Source: Schmidtea polychroa (lineage: Eukaryota). Taken from it: a stretch of DNA of 64,000 nucleotides. The notes under the pieces are model-generated. The model had not been told where the DNA came from. It did no database searches and worked only from the letters and a program-made list of their open reading frames with translations. Position numbers and translations under genes: made by a program. Below, one piece after another: positions 1-13,200 of the stretch. The stretch spans positions 161,076,001-161,140,000 of the forward strand of contig CM097886.1 in assembly GCA_044892525.1 (NCBI GenBank), in the 5' to 3' direction. Positions within the stretch are counted from its first letter, which is position 1. Every line of letters starts with the position of its first letter.

Positions 1-394
1 AACGAGAATTGGATATACCAAGTATTGGAGTATACCAAGAATTGGAGGAGGAGTTCTCAAATTTACGAACTCAGCGAATTATAGAGATAGTTGGGTTAGG
101 TGGAGAAGTAATAATGCAAAAAGAACAAATTAGAGAAGCAAAGGAGCAAAATGAGGAAGAACAGCAATTGCTTTAATATTTTTCCTTTAACCAAGACTTG
201 AAAGTTAAATTTATTGTGCTTGACAAATTTGAAGTTTCCAAATTCCATTATGTAATTTATTGAAATTTCACGAAGCAAACTCTTTCTAACACTAGATTTC
301 TTAAATACAATCAAAAACCATCTAAATAATCTGTTCTTATAAGCAACAATGATAGAAAAATATGTAAGTGTAAAAGACTAAGAATTATACTAAT

Positions 395-1059
395 CTAATA
401 AAAGTTCAACTCATCAGAAAAATGATTCCATGCACGATAACCAGTAAATCCGCTATTGTATGGCTCCATGTTGGGCTTATAATCATGAGTGTAAGGACTT
501 GGTGATGAAAATCCACTCGAAAGTTTATCTACAGAAACTTGACAATAATCTAAACGATAATTTTTTTCATTATTATTATCCCAATAGCTTCCTAAATTTG
601 GAGTTTCTAAACCAACAACAAATTCCACAGTTGTTGCTTCTCCAACTTCCATGTTTGGTAAAGAAGCTTGAAACTCAAATTCATCGACATCAGAAAATTC
701 ATTTGCATCCGGTAAAAATTCCTGAGAACTGCTTTTATATTTCGCTTCAAAATCACTGTAAGAAGTCCACCAAGAATCTGATGATAATCTGACGAAAACT
801 CGTTTTTCAAAACATAAATTAATCAGTTTAATTATTCCTGTAATTTCAAATTTATACGTATTGTCTCGTTGTTGGTTTTTAACAATAACTGCAGTTGCCA
901 GTTTGACTTTCCTTTTACTCAATTCTGATTTAAATCTAGTATAAACGGATGCTGGTTGAATGAAACTAGTGACCCAGTCAAATGATTGTGATTTAATTGG
1001 TTTATAATCTTTTTTTTTCGATTTGACAGCGTGGTTATTGGTCTTCTCATAAATAGATG
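395..1059 (-). CDS. PPP1R3: PPP1R3-family glycogen-targeting protein phosphatase 1 regulatory subunit, coding exon 2 (CBM21 carbohydrate-binding domain)
   Basis: The ORF-track protein has CBM21 motifs (ITGIIKLINLCFEKRVFVRLSSDSW, VEFVVGLETPNLGSYWDNNNEKNY). The frame stays open upstream of the track start (922) through FIQPASVYTRFKSEL, the family's F-x-QP motif, to a strong acceptor ttttcttttatttttag| (intron ends at 1060). The exon is 665 nt (2+663), phase 1, compatible with exon 1. Confidence 0.88.
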
Positions 1060-3490
1060 CTAAAAATAAAAGAAAACATTAAATCATAAACTTTGCAAAT
1101 CTTTTAAGAAAATATAATTTTTTCGTCTCTATGCATTCTAAATTGTCAATTATATTACATTTGATATTTTTGTACTTTAAAAATCACTCAGATTTCATAA
1201 TGATCACCGGAGAAAACAAAATTAAATGGTAAATAACATGTCAGAGTACACTAAATGAATTGTTTTTTTTCATATTTTGACATGAATCTTATCTATAGCT
1301 CCTAAATTATATTTTAAGATTCCAAATAGTGATTCTTTTGTACTATTTAATCAATATTAGAATGGTTAATTATAATAATATTAAGTTTTGTTGATATCGT
1401 CAGCAAGGGTCAATTCAGAAATAAGTTATAGTTACTTGAACAATTAGCTTTACTTTGTTTTAAAATTACATAATTGTAGGTTTGTAGATAATTTATGTTC
1501 TTTGATAAAATATATGTAAATTTGAAATTATATATTTTACCAATTGAACAAGCATTAAGAAGAATAAACTTTATATCAATTTTATTAAACTTGAGAATCC
1601 ATTTACTATAAAGTATCGAAAAATTGCATCAAAAACTGTATTTTTTTGAAATTACTAGCAAATAATTATTATAAATAAAAAAAGCTTTCTAATTTGGCAA
1701 CTTAGTTTAAGAATATTTCAATAGTCCAACATAGATTTCTATAATTTCCAACGAAATTTTTTGTATTTATACAAAATTTCACTAATCAAAAATTTATTAA
1801 CTTATTAAATTTATTTATATTTATATTTATTACTATTTAAAATAACAATTTTACGTCACTAGCACCATTGTATTCATTAAAATCACGATGAAATCACAAA
1901 AAACACGCCTTAACTAGCTGATTTTATTTTTCAGTAAAATTACAATTTGAAATAAGTTTTTTATATACAATTTTATAATTATTATTTACAAAGTTCAATA
2001 TAATTTAATTATTTTACATTTATAATACAAAAGAAAAAATAATAATTTTAAAATAACATTTAATAAATGCATTTTTAAGTTGGAGTTCAACAGAAGAGGC
2101 ACAAAAATGATGTGAAAAATCAATAAAAACCAAATTTACAATAAAAATTTAAAGTACAAAATATTAATTAAAAAATCAAAAAAATTTAAAAAATGAATAT
2201 TTCCGGGGGAAATGGTATGGGCGGATGCTAAATGATGAGACGAGTTCAACTATAATAAAATAAAATCAATGGGGGTCCCTGGAAGGAATAAATTACAAAA
2301 AACAAAAATTAATTAACTAATGGAGAACCCGAGCTAATGGGAAACCCGAGCGATTTGAGAAAACCTGAATTATCAATCAAATTAGGAAAGGCAATTAAAT
2401 TAGCCGAATAAAATTAAATTGGAGCGAGCAGTCAAAGGAAAAGGGCAATTTCCTTATAGCGAATTAGAGCTACAAGAGGAAGCCAGGGGGAAAGTTAGAT
2501 CCAGACTAATTTGTCAAAGTAAAATCAATTACAAAATGGGTTTAAAAGCAACCGGCAAGAAAACAGAATTGCCAGTTGATCGAAGAAAAAGAAAGCAAGA
2601 AGTTCAGCGAGAGCGATCAGAAACGTTAAAGTTAGTAGCAATTAAATAATTTAAATCGAACATACTGGAAAGGGACATCTCCCGTTGGAAGATTTATCCC
2701 TGCGTGAAATTTGTAGTCTATTGAAAAGTGCAGACCAAAAAGGGTTGTATCAAGTGTAGTTGAATTAATAAAAAAATGTAATAAAGTGTAACTATATCGC
2801 TCTTAAATAAAGATTTTGTGTTGGGTCGTTTATTTATTTTGAAAAGAACACAAAGGAGTCAGACAGACTTGCATCAAATACCCAACAGAATAATACATTC
2901 TAAAATTGCAATGAAACAAAACGATTTGTTTCAAAAGAGCAACCCTAACCCTAACCCCAACTTGTGTAAATTCAGAAATACGTAATTTCTCACCCAGACT
3001 CTACCCAATTTCATTTATTATATTATCAATTTATTATATGGAACGCATTGTATTTAAATTGTTTTATTTTTCTAAAAAATTTTATCGTCATCATATTATT
3101 AAGCAAGTGAAAAAAAAAGTCTTTATTCAAATTCTACCAAAAAAGAGTTCTAACTTTAGAATCAAAACACAACTGTATTAAAGATTTTAAAAGTTGAAAA
3201 AACCACGCGAAATAGCACACAGATCCGATCTTGCTTAGACTTTGCTAAATCTTTCACATGATTATATATGATAACATTATTGACGCTGTTATAATGCAAA
3301 ATCATTAAATTTAAGTTTATTTCGTAAACGACACGGTGATTGTTGTCGACATGAGAGTTTGCTTAAAGCATGGCGCAAAATCAATTGAATGTGAAGAATT
3401 GTCTAGTAGACTAGAATATCATGTGTAGTAAAAAACAGATTTTCAACAAACTAAAAGAACAAAATAGAAACAATGCAAAACATTTGAATA

Positions 3491-3800
3491 TTGCAGCCAG
3501 AAATGCCGGGTTCTGCCGCTTTAAACAACGATCCGATTGGCACAATGCGAGAAGCTGCAAGTGGAGATAAGGAACCAACATCCTTTTTTCCTCACACTTT
3601 AAGAAGCTTAATAGAGGAATATTGCGTACAAACTATATTTAATGTAGATGGAATTCTCAAAAGAACAGTCAAAACGCGCGCTAGTAAAATTTGTTACCTG
3701 GTTTTAAGGCTACAAAAGACCTCGCTTAACAATTATTCTGAGAGGAAATGCTCCTTATTGTTTCAAATTAAAAACACATTTGTTATATCGTTGTGAAAAT
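3491..3800 (+). mobile_element. Degenerate pogo/Tigger-like transposase fragment
   Basis: LRSLIEEYCVQTIFNVDG resembles the IxNxDETG first catalytic-D motif; the surrounding frames are broken. Confidence 0.4.
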
Positions 3801-6800
3801 CTCAGAGTCTTAAGAAACAAATAAAAATTGAGCCTATCAGTGCCGAAAATAAAAACAAAGATCGAAAGTCTAAAAGAAATGAAGATAAAGAAATTACAAA
3901 CTAGATGTAATTTTTTCAATTTATTATAAAAACTAGAAACTGATTAATTGTAATTTAAAATAGCTAATTTATGCGTGACTAACAGCAATACCTACATAAA
4001 GATAAAACTATTAGTAACACATAAAATTGTAATTTTATGATGCAATCCAAAACTCAAAAAAATTTATTTTCGTTTGTTTAATCTTTGGAAAATCTAACAT
4101 TATTTTGATTTTGACTTTACATTTTTACTTATATATTTTTAAGTGTAAAATTCACAATTTTAGTTTATAAGATGATGTAGTTTATTCATTAGACTTTTAA
4201 CATTAAGTAGCTCGGTTGGATAAGTCATAGTTTTTCGGTCGAATGGATAAACTCTTATGACAGTTTTATTGTTCCTACAGTTGTAGTTGATCAACAAAAA
4301 TTAAGATAAAGAAGCAGATTATATTTTAATCCTCAACAAAGAATTTATAAAAATCAAAACATAATCATAATAATAATAAATTCATATATTAGTCAATATA
4401 TTACCGGAAAAATTAATGTTAAATTTGAAGAGCCAGATTAAAATTTATTTATTTGTTGCTATGCAAAATTTAAACCGAAATTGGAAAGACTAATTCTCAT
4501 TTAATCAGTTATTTGGATAAGTGTTTGAGAATTTATGGAAGACAATGAAAGTTCAATTTTGATGAAATTCATTGTCTCAGATTTTATGAAATTCGAAATT
4601 TAAAAGCATTAAAATTTTATTTTCAGAAAAGACTATTTTAAAGCTGTTTTCCCTGAATTTTCATTTACATTACGATATTGTTTCATCCACTCTAGTACAT
4701 CAAAAGTGCATCTTGATAATAATTCATTTTATCTACGTTTGCTTCATTTTATACACAATTATTATTGTTTATCATAAGCTTAAATCAAATATCTCATTTT
4801 TAATATTTTTAATTAATATTTTTGAATATATAAAAAATAAAAAATTGACAAGATTGTGTTTTGATTAAAAATCATTAAGACAACTAATAAAAATATAGAA
4901 TCTTAGTCTCAAATAAAAATGAACTATTTAAAAGAAAATATTATTTAAATTCATTCAAATTACTCCACATATAAATTTAAAAATAGAAATTCGTAATTTT
5001 ATATTGTAAATATCACTGCATTGCAATTTCTCAATATTCACCAATACTCGAATTAAAATATCAAATTAACTTTTAAGAAATGTTCAATTTATAAAATATA
5101 TTTGAGATAATTATTGACTGTTCCCTGTTATTCATCCAAATTATAAAAATGATTTTCGAAACGATATGTGAAACACCTAGCAGATGTCATTTTTACAATT
5201 CATTTGTTTTTACGAATTTTATGTCCATAACATTATTACATGACTTAAGGCCTAACTGTCAGTTATCTATTGGAACTTTATGCAAGAACAGATTCTTAGG
5301 GTGATAAGAAGCGATATAGATTTCTTCATTGTTAGAAACTCGGGTTGAGTTCGCTAAAATCATAAATGATAAGCCATTATAACTTTTCAGTTCTATATAA
5401 CTGTAAATGCTGTTATGTAAAACATTCTAGTAAGAGACTAGTGTATATTTATAGTAGTACAGGAATATCAATAATTTTGTCAGAATTTGAAATTAAGTAT
5501 TTTTAAAAGAGAGATTTTTATTTTAAAAATTTAGTTCAATTTTATTTATGATACAATAAAATAAATTCTCTTTGTAGATTATGATAAAAAAATATTAAAA
5601 GTAACAAATAAACTTTCATTTAAATCTTTTACTATTTTTACCATTGATTTATGTGTTAGGAAGGGAAAACTTTTAATCTATAGTCATAATGTAAACAAAT
5701 GAATGTTAAAAAAAAATAGATCAAAGATGAACAAAAAAGTTATTTATTTATTAAAAAAAAATATTATTACATTTTAAATGTTATTGGGTTGATTTTTAAT
5801 TTAAACAATCGAAATTATAAGAGAAATTTCAAGCTGTGATGAAATATAAATGAATTTTAACCACTACATTCAATAAAAAATTGCTTTACATTAAAGGAAA
5901 AAATAAAAATAAAGAATTATTAAGAGTGTATGTATTTGGAGAAACATTTATTGTTCAAATTGTATTGAAAGTGATAAAAATGAAAAATCCTAAAATATTT
6001 ATAATACATAATAATGTAATTAAATAGATTAATGAAGTCTTATCCATGTAAGGTTTCAGTAACAAATTTTAGTTAATTTATTATTATTAAATAAAAATAA
6101 TAATAAGTATCCTATTTTTCGAATTTCTTTTGAAAATTTTCGTTAGTGAAAGAGATCCGGGTATTACATATAGTTCAAGCAGTTGAAATAATTTGAAAAA
6201 AGTTTATCAAGATAGAATAGATGTTCCTATATACAAAACAGATGAGACAAACGATTTAAAAGATTAAATGTCGTGTCGTTAAAATAAAGCATTATATAAA
6301 TATTGACCGGTTTCAACTCAGATTGACCTAAATTCTGGGAAAACTGATGTTTATACCAAAAAGAATAGCATAAACTTCAGTATTATTCGTCAAATAAATG
6401 AAAATAAGATTACATGTAATGCACATTGAATTTGTTATTTGTTCAATAGTCGAATAATCAAATTAATACACACAGTAATTCATATGAAATAAATAATGCA
6501 TGTACAAATGATATATAGTTTAGGAAAAGAAATACCAAAGAAATATTAGATTTCAAATTAAAAATTCTTATCGAAAAAATTTCAAATGTGAATGAATTAA
6601 TTAATGACAAAATTGACGAGATTTGATAAAAAGATATTTCAGTTAAATTATCTGTTCTTTGCATCATTGATCCGAATATTACCAGTCGACCGCCATATTA
6701 ATTAATAGTGTAACTCATACTATTTGGCGACATCCGATGTTTAATTAAAGTTGAACCATAATAAAATGCTTCACTAAATATAATATAAAATATTCAAATA

Positions 6801-8618
6801 AATTTTTCATTGAAATCCGAATATTAACATATGGCATCAGCTGTCATGTCTAAAGAAATATTTAAGTAGGAAAATATTTTTACCTTGAATTTACATGTGA
6901 AGAGTGTATTGGATTGTTGATAAATTAAATGTGTTGATAAATTGATTGTCATTATGTAGATGATTGGATTTTTCAAAAGTTCTAGTCAATCGGAATTAAA
7001 TTCATTGACAGATTCTGTCTACCAAAAGGAATATAAACTAAATGAAAGACTATTTGAGCATAGTAACGAGTTACATAATAAATTAAAGTCGTCTTATTTA
7101 TCTTTAATATATATTAGTAGCATAACTAGAATGTTTTTACAAGGCAAATAAAAATGGAACAACCAGTCAAAATGTTTGAGTATTATAATTCAAAATATGG
7201 AAACTTGTAAGAGTCAAGTACTTAAAAGATTTTGAATTTTTTATAATTATTGAGAAAGAAATTTATGTGTATCATTGATAATTAAATGCCAATTCCGTTT
7301 AATAAATATTCAATCAAACAATTTATTGAAAATATTTATTTGATTTATTGATTCATAATACTGTTAAATAATTTTTATTTCTTATATACAGGGAAACCCG
7401 TTTAACAAACGCTGTTATTATGAAAATTCGATTAACCAATATTTTCTATCAGGTCCACCATGTCAGTATCTCTGTAGTATCAATTAAATACTGTATAGTG
7501 AAATCTGGCTAATGTCAACATGTTGTCAAATAGAAAGTTACCACATAATTTCAAGAGTTCAGTTTTCAGAAAAAAAATCCTCAATGTTGTAATTATGCAT
7601 ATATGGTTATTGCAATTTAATTCGCTATAATCAAATGATTCCCACAAAGTTATTGTTGGTAACAATTTACATTTAACACTTTTCCAACCGTGTTTTATTA
7701 CAGCCTGCTCACATAATAAATTGGTAACAATCAGACTGTAAGAAACAGATGAATATTTTTGAAGAATTTTTAATAATTATTAAATTCTCGAGGAATAAAA
7801 ACTTTAAAATATCAGAATAGAACTTTCGGAGAATTCAAATGGAACTGTTTGATGCTTGTATTATTTTAATTCTTAAATTTTAACTTATAAATATTCGCAT
7901 TACCGTATTTCTGATTGTAGTTGCTAGATAACATAGAATCTGTCAATCTAAGATGATGGGCGTTTGATGGTTATTCAACCCCAAGGAATGTAATATACAT
8001 ATCACTAATGAATCTTTTCAAATTATCTTTATCATTACTATAGAAAGTATCATGTTTGTAAATTCTTTAGTTGTTGATAACGAATTCATATAAATATTAG
8101 GCAATATAAATAATTAACTTCAACCCAATAGATTTGGAAATGAAGACATCACTTGTAATCCAAATACGTAGAAGTTAGAATTCTGACAGAATCGCGGTCA
8201 ATTTCATCATCTCCTATGTCTAATTGAAATATAATATATGTTGTATTATATTGGTTCAGTCAGTGAAAACAATTTCATCTGGCATCAAACAGAGTAAACT
8301 ATGGATCATCACCATTTATGTCCTTATTTATATTACTTACTATATACAAATTAATAAAAACAACGTTCACTTTTCTAAATTCAGAGTATCAATAAGTTAA
8401 AATAATAGGCCTGTTCTATATATATTAATGTAATTTAATCAATTTTATGTATATTTAGTAATATGTAGTAACAAATATGCCAATTATATTAATGCCAGTT
8501 GTATTAAAACCCTCGTTGAAACCTAACGTTAAATGATCATTTAAAATCCTTGTCAAAATATTTAAAATAATTTAAAACAATTGTATTGAGGTAATATTAA
8601 ACTACTAAATAATAATAT

Positions 8619-8681
8619 AAGCATTTTGCTGCGAAGTATATATTTAATAAAATGAAATATATACTACGCCGCAAAATGCTT
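8619..8681. repeat. Imperfect inverted repeat / hairpin (27-bp arms, 25/27 match, 9-nt spacer)
   Basis: aagcattttgctgcgaagtatatattt ... aaatatatactacgccgcaaaatgctt. Confidence 0.75.
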
Positions 8682-10118
8682 GTATTACCAGAAAATCATC
8701 AGCTTAATAATAAATAAAACCAAATACAAATGTTGTATATAATATTGGGAAATTATACATAATATAATACAATATGTTTATTAAATAACAATATCATATC
8801 ACAACTATTCCAAAAATAAATTTCTGCAAGTTTTAACTGCACATTTTGTATTTATATGTTAATAAAATAATTTTATAGAAAAAAATTAATCCGCTTTCAT
8901 AAAAATGAGACAAAAATTTTCTATCAAAATGTAAGAATTTTCATTTGATAAAGACAAGCTGCACCTACATAAAATACATGAGGCCTCCTCCGGCTTTTAT
9001 TGGATGCATAATAACAACTTTTATCATTTTCAAACGAGGATATTTTCTTCTATTGATCATTTTATTTGTTTTATTAATTATATAAAAAATTATACTGAAT
9101 TATTCTTTGTAAAAAAATCCTTCATTGATGCTATAATATTTTAATTCGCTATTTTAATGTTAATTCATATTAATTCGAAATATTTTAAGTGAGATGGAAA
9201 TTTATTCTTTATTTCTTTTCAGATACTTTAATAATGTCAAAATTTCAAAAATACGATTTCTTGACATTAAAATTAATTATTTATTTCATGTTTATACTTA
9301 GGATTCTAAAATTTGATGTAAACAAATCTTCAACATATAAAGCATACAAAATACGATGATGTCTGTTTTTATTGTCTGTCAGTTCGGGTCAAATTCTTGA
9401 CGTTTTCAACTTATTTATCAATTCTTATGATGATAGATACCCTTGATATTCATAATTTTCATGTAACAAAAAAAAATCAATTATTTTGCAAATTTTCAGC
9501 GATCATTAATGTTAAAATAAATTAAACGAGTTACTAATTTAAATACATTACAAAACAGAGAAATTCAGTATTCAAAAAATTAAATCTTGCAACAATAATT
9601 AAGTTAATTTTATGTTAAATTTAATTTTTCTTCTGTTCTTAACTTTTTTTCAGATCGACTCTAAATATAACGAGTATTATTATCTTTTTAAATTAGAAAT
9701 GAAATTAAATGTTTTTCATTAACACTCTTCCTTCCATGATCAAGATTTGAGGATGTTTTATTTTCTCATTAAGCAGCACTGATTTTGGCAGGTTTGTGAT
9801 TTTTTATGATTGTGTAGTTTTAAAATTGTTAGCTATTCTGTAATTAAATTCTTAAGTTTATAAATAATTATTATAAATAACTAAAATTTGGTAGGTAATG
9901 AGCCGATTCTATAAATAATTTTCATATTAATATTTGTAAGACTATATATATCAAAACATTATATAAGATACACCATATTTCGGCATAGCCTTTAATTGCT
10001 ATAATATTTTAACTTATTCGCGGGTATTGTCCTATTTTTTATAAAGTTTTATTTGAAATATGAATGCTGATTGCATGATATGAATTTTTAGCAACTTTTA
10101 TTCTTCTATCAAGTACAT

Positions 10119-11230
10119 ATGGCGCATTTGTTTCTATCTTATCCAAAAGAAGATTTTCAAAAGTTACTGTTTCTTGTTGAATCAATGAAGATCATGAAGA
10201 ACCAGGTTCTGTATTTGATGAAGATTGTATTTGTTTTGCAGGTTATGTTTCTTCAAATTCAAAAATTTGTGAAGGTGGTTTGTCAAGCTGATCAAATTTA
10301 ACGTTCTATATATCCTCGGTTGGAGTTATATCTAATATGATGGGCAAAGTAGCTTCTGTAATAATTGAAGTCATTTTGTCATGGACTATTCCAGTGGAAT
10401 CTCTATTATCTTTATCTGGCTTTTTTGCCTCCTTCCATTGTTTAAGCAAAATCGCACTGTAGGTGGAATCATGAATTACATTTCTCGAAAATGGATAAAT
10501 TCCAGCTATTTGGAAACCATTTTTAATTAAGCTCGTATTTAAGTCACTCCAAATCTCTCCAATCATTTTTGAAAATTCTTTCTTTGGTAGCTCCACTCCT
10601 ATATGCTTTCTTTGCCACTTTACCAACTCCTGGTTCCATGATGTTTTCACCGGCTTCAAAAAACTTATATTCAATGGCTGTGGCACATGACTTATATGAT
10701 GGGGCAATTTAAGCATTGTTATATTTTCTTGAGAAGCTATCTCTATCAACCTAATGCTTAGATGAGTAGAATGACCATCGTATATTAATAAGACAGGACA
10801 ACGATCAGTGGCAAATGATTACAACTTTTTACGAGCGATTTCTACGCTTTGTGGTTTTTTCAGAGACAGACTATTCCTCTTTGAAAATCCAAGAAATCAA
10901 TCTTTGCGGGAAATGCTGTCTTTAAATGGAGTTTTAATTTTGTTAGTTTTAACGAACTGCTCAACTAGCTCTAAAACCTTTCTGGATAAACCAAATCCAT
11001 ACTTTTCCATTTTCAATAGACCATCAGCAAACCGTTTTTTCAACTTGGACTGGAATTGCAATGCTTCTATTTAGATTTAATCCCACGTCTTCCTTTTAAA
11101 TGATCCATGGATCTAATGGTATACTGTATCTTTTACTTGCTTTTTAAGCATTTATGCCCCTTGCTTTAATCTCTTCAATAGTTTCTTCAAGTGTTTGTTT
11201 TGAAAAATCGCCCTTAGTTTTTCTAACGTA
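10119..11230 (-). mobile_element. Degenerate, internally deleted pogo-family (Tc1/mariner superfamily) transposase
   Basis: Minus strand reads an HTH_psq-like start (ALKASKRYSIP), CENP-B-HTH-like KDWFLGFSKRN, then DGHSTHLS and LPHHISHVPQPLNISFLKPVK (DDE_1 motifs), with frameshifts and stops. Confidence 0.75.
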
Positions 11231-11525
11231 GTTGCAAACCACGTTATCGCTAAAAAAGTAAAAAAGCCTTCATTAAGGATTATAGTATAAAAAATAAACT
11301 GATATATTGAAAATGAGCTGACCAGTACGCAGTTACCTCACCGTGTTGGTCTGCACATGCCCCGACATCAGACTAGACTTTTCTCAATAAATTAAAACAT
11401 AAACAAATGAAACTTTTTCTTTAATGTAAAATTACATCAATATTATCTATACTTACCTAAAGAGCACACTTCCTTCTACTGATGTTTATTTTACTCGAAG
11501 ATAAAGAAATAAAAAGGATCTCAAA

Positions 11526-11950
11526 ATGCAGGATTTAAAATCATTCGATGATTTGAAAGAAAGATTGAAGAAACATGTTCAAATTACAAAAGAAATAAAT
11601 ACATGTAATACTGAAATTGCTACAATGAATAAAAATCAACGTTATGCTGATGCTGTAAAGAAAACTTTACCTATATATAATGTTGAAAACCGATCAGACA
11701 AAGAAAGAGTATTTTATAGAAGGAACAAAGACGAAATTCCAAGAAGAGAAAAAATGGTTGCAAAAGGATGGACACCGATGGAAATTAGAGTTTATAATTC
11801 TAGAGATTATCAAACTCGAACACATGGCCGACCACATCAAGATTTTCGATGCTGGGCATGTCAGTAAGAAGGCCATAAAAGATCATAATACCCAAATATT
11901 CGCTGTGCATATTGCAGGTGAGGACACTTGAAACACCAATGCCATGATCT
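11526..11950 (+). pseudogene. Retrotransposon gag-like remnant with two broken CCHC zinc knuckles
   Basis: The ORF continues past in-frame stops as RCWACQ*EGHKRS*YPNIRCAYCR*GHLKHQC. Confidence 0.6.
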
Positions 11951-12559
11951 GTTTCCCGAAAGACGTCGAAAATTCTAGAAAATATTTGCTGTATTCGACG
12001 ATAAGAACCAAGATACCGGATCAGAGTACCCAAACGCGAATGCTCCAACACATGAGGTGATAGGAGCAATAAATTAAAGGTAATTAATAGTATGAGTAAG
12101 GATTGTATGATTGCAAATGATTGTGATAGTTTGAATGAGTGATTGTGTTAATTGTGATAAACATTTAAATGAAGCTTTTAAACTTTCTTCTTACAGGGTC
12201 TATAAAATTTGAATATTATTTTAAATCTTCAAGAAAATCAAATATTGCACATATTTTCAAATTAAAAGTCCATTACCCAAATTATTAAATTTAACATCAG
12301 ATTTATGGGTAAAATTAGCCGTAAAAATAAGTATACCTAATTCGATATATGAAATGAGGAAGTCGATAGAGGAGAGTAATTAATACTTAACTGTATTTCA
12401 TGACGTATCTAAAAACCAGCATATTTATTAGTTAGATATCTGAATTTGTTTAAATAAGTGAGTTGTTACATTTTTGTGGAAAATTAAAAAATTGTTGCAT
12501 AATAATAAATTTATATCGGATTTGAAGAATTTTAAAACCGAGTTAGATGACACTGGCGA

Positions 12560-13200
12560 CCACGCCGAAAATCAGAACGTCAATGCAATTTCGAAATCTA
12601 CAAAATCGCTAATGGAACTTATACCGAAATCATGCCAAGACATGCTCACACTGAACATCAGACGATATGATGGATGAGGTTTAAAAGAAGCCGAAGAATG
12701 GAACAGGGATATAGAAGAATGGCTGCTGTAAATGGACAGCGATTGACAAGCACTTTCGATGTGTTATTGGTGGCAGAAGCAAAGCATTGTGAGGAAACAT
12801 CAGAGAAACAGAAACACTTGATGTGAAAGCCAAACCGTGGTTCTTACATACGTTCACAATTACAAAATCAATGACTGACAAAATCTGAGAATTGACAGCT
12901 ATGGAACATGAAAATGATGAACGCTTAGCAGGTTTTGAGATACGTCTAAGGAAAGGTTTAGCTGAAGTTGTAAATTCAGGACGTTCAGAAGAAGATATTG
13001 TTCAAGACCTCATCGCAAATAAAGCAAGAGACTGCGAGATTGCGGGAGATACTATTAACGAAACCAGAAACAGAAATTGAGGAGACGAGATCATTTTTGA
13101 AAGTAACAAAAATGGAAACAATAAAACGGAATTTATTAAAGCAATCGGTCAAAGAACATATGCTAGCGTGACTGAGGAAGGGCAGATGAGAATTCAAAAG
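12560..13200 (+). pseudogene. Second Gypsy-type gag remnant
   Basis: Fragments TLNIRRYDG*..EAEEWNRDIEEW and HENDERLAGFEIRLRKGL resemble retrotransposon capsid motifs; multiple stops. Confidence 0.45.

Noticed and set aside
2819-2887. TGTTGGG...CCCAACA pair resembling the giant element's termini; possible solo-LTR end
   Set aside because: Only 69 bp apart, with no convincing TSD or matching LTR start upstream.
2941-2957. Telomere-like (CCCTAA)n
   Set aside because: Under three units; could be chance.
7400-8300. Possible nested exons in the PPP1R3 intron
   Set aside because: Short frames with stops and no supportable motif or splice chain.
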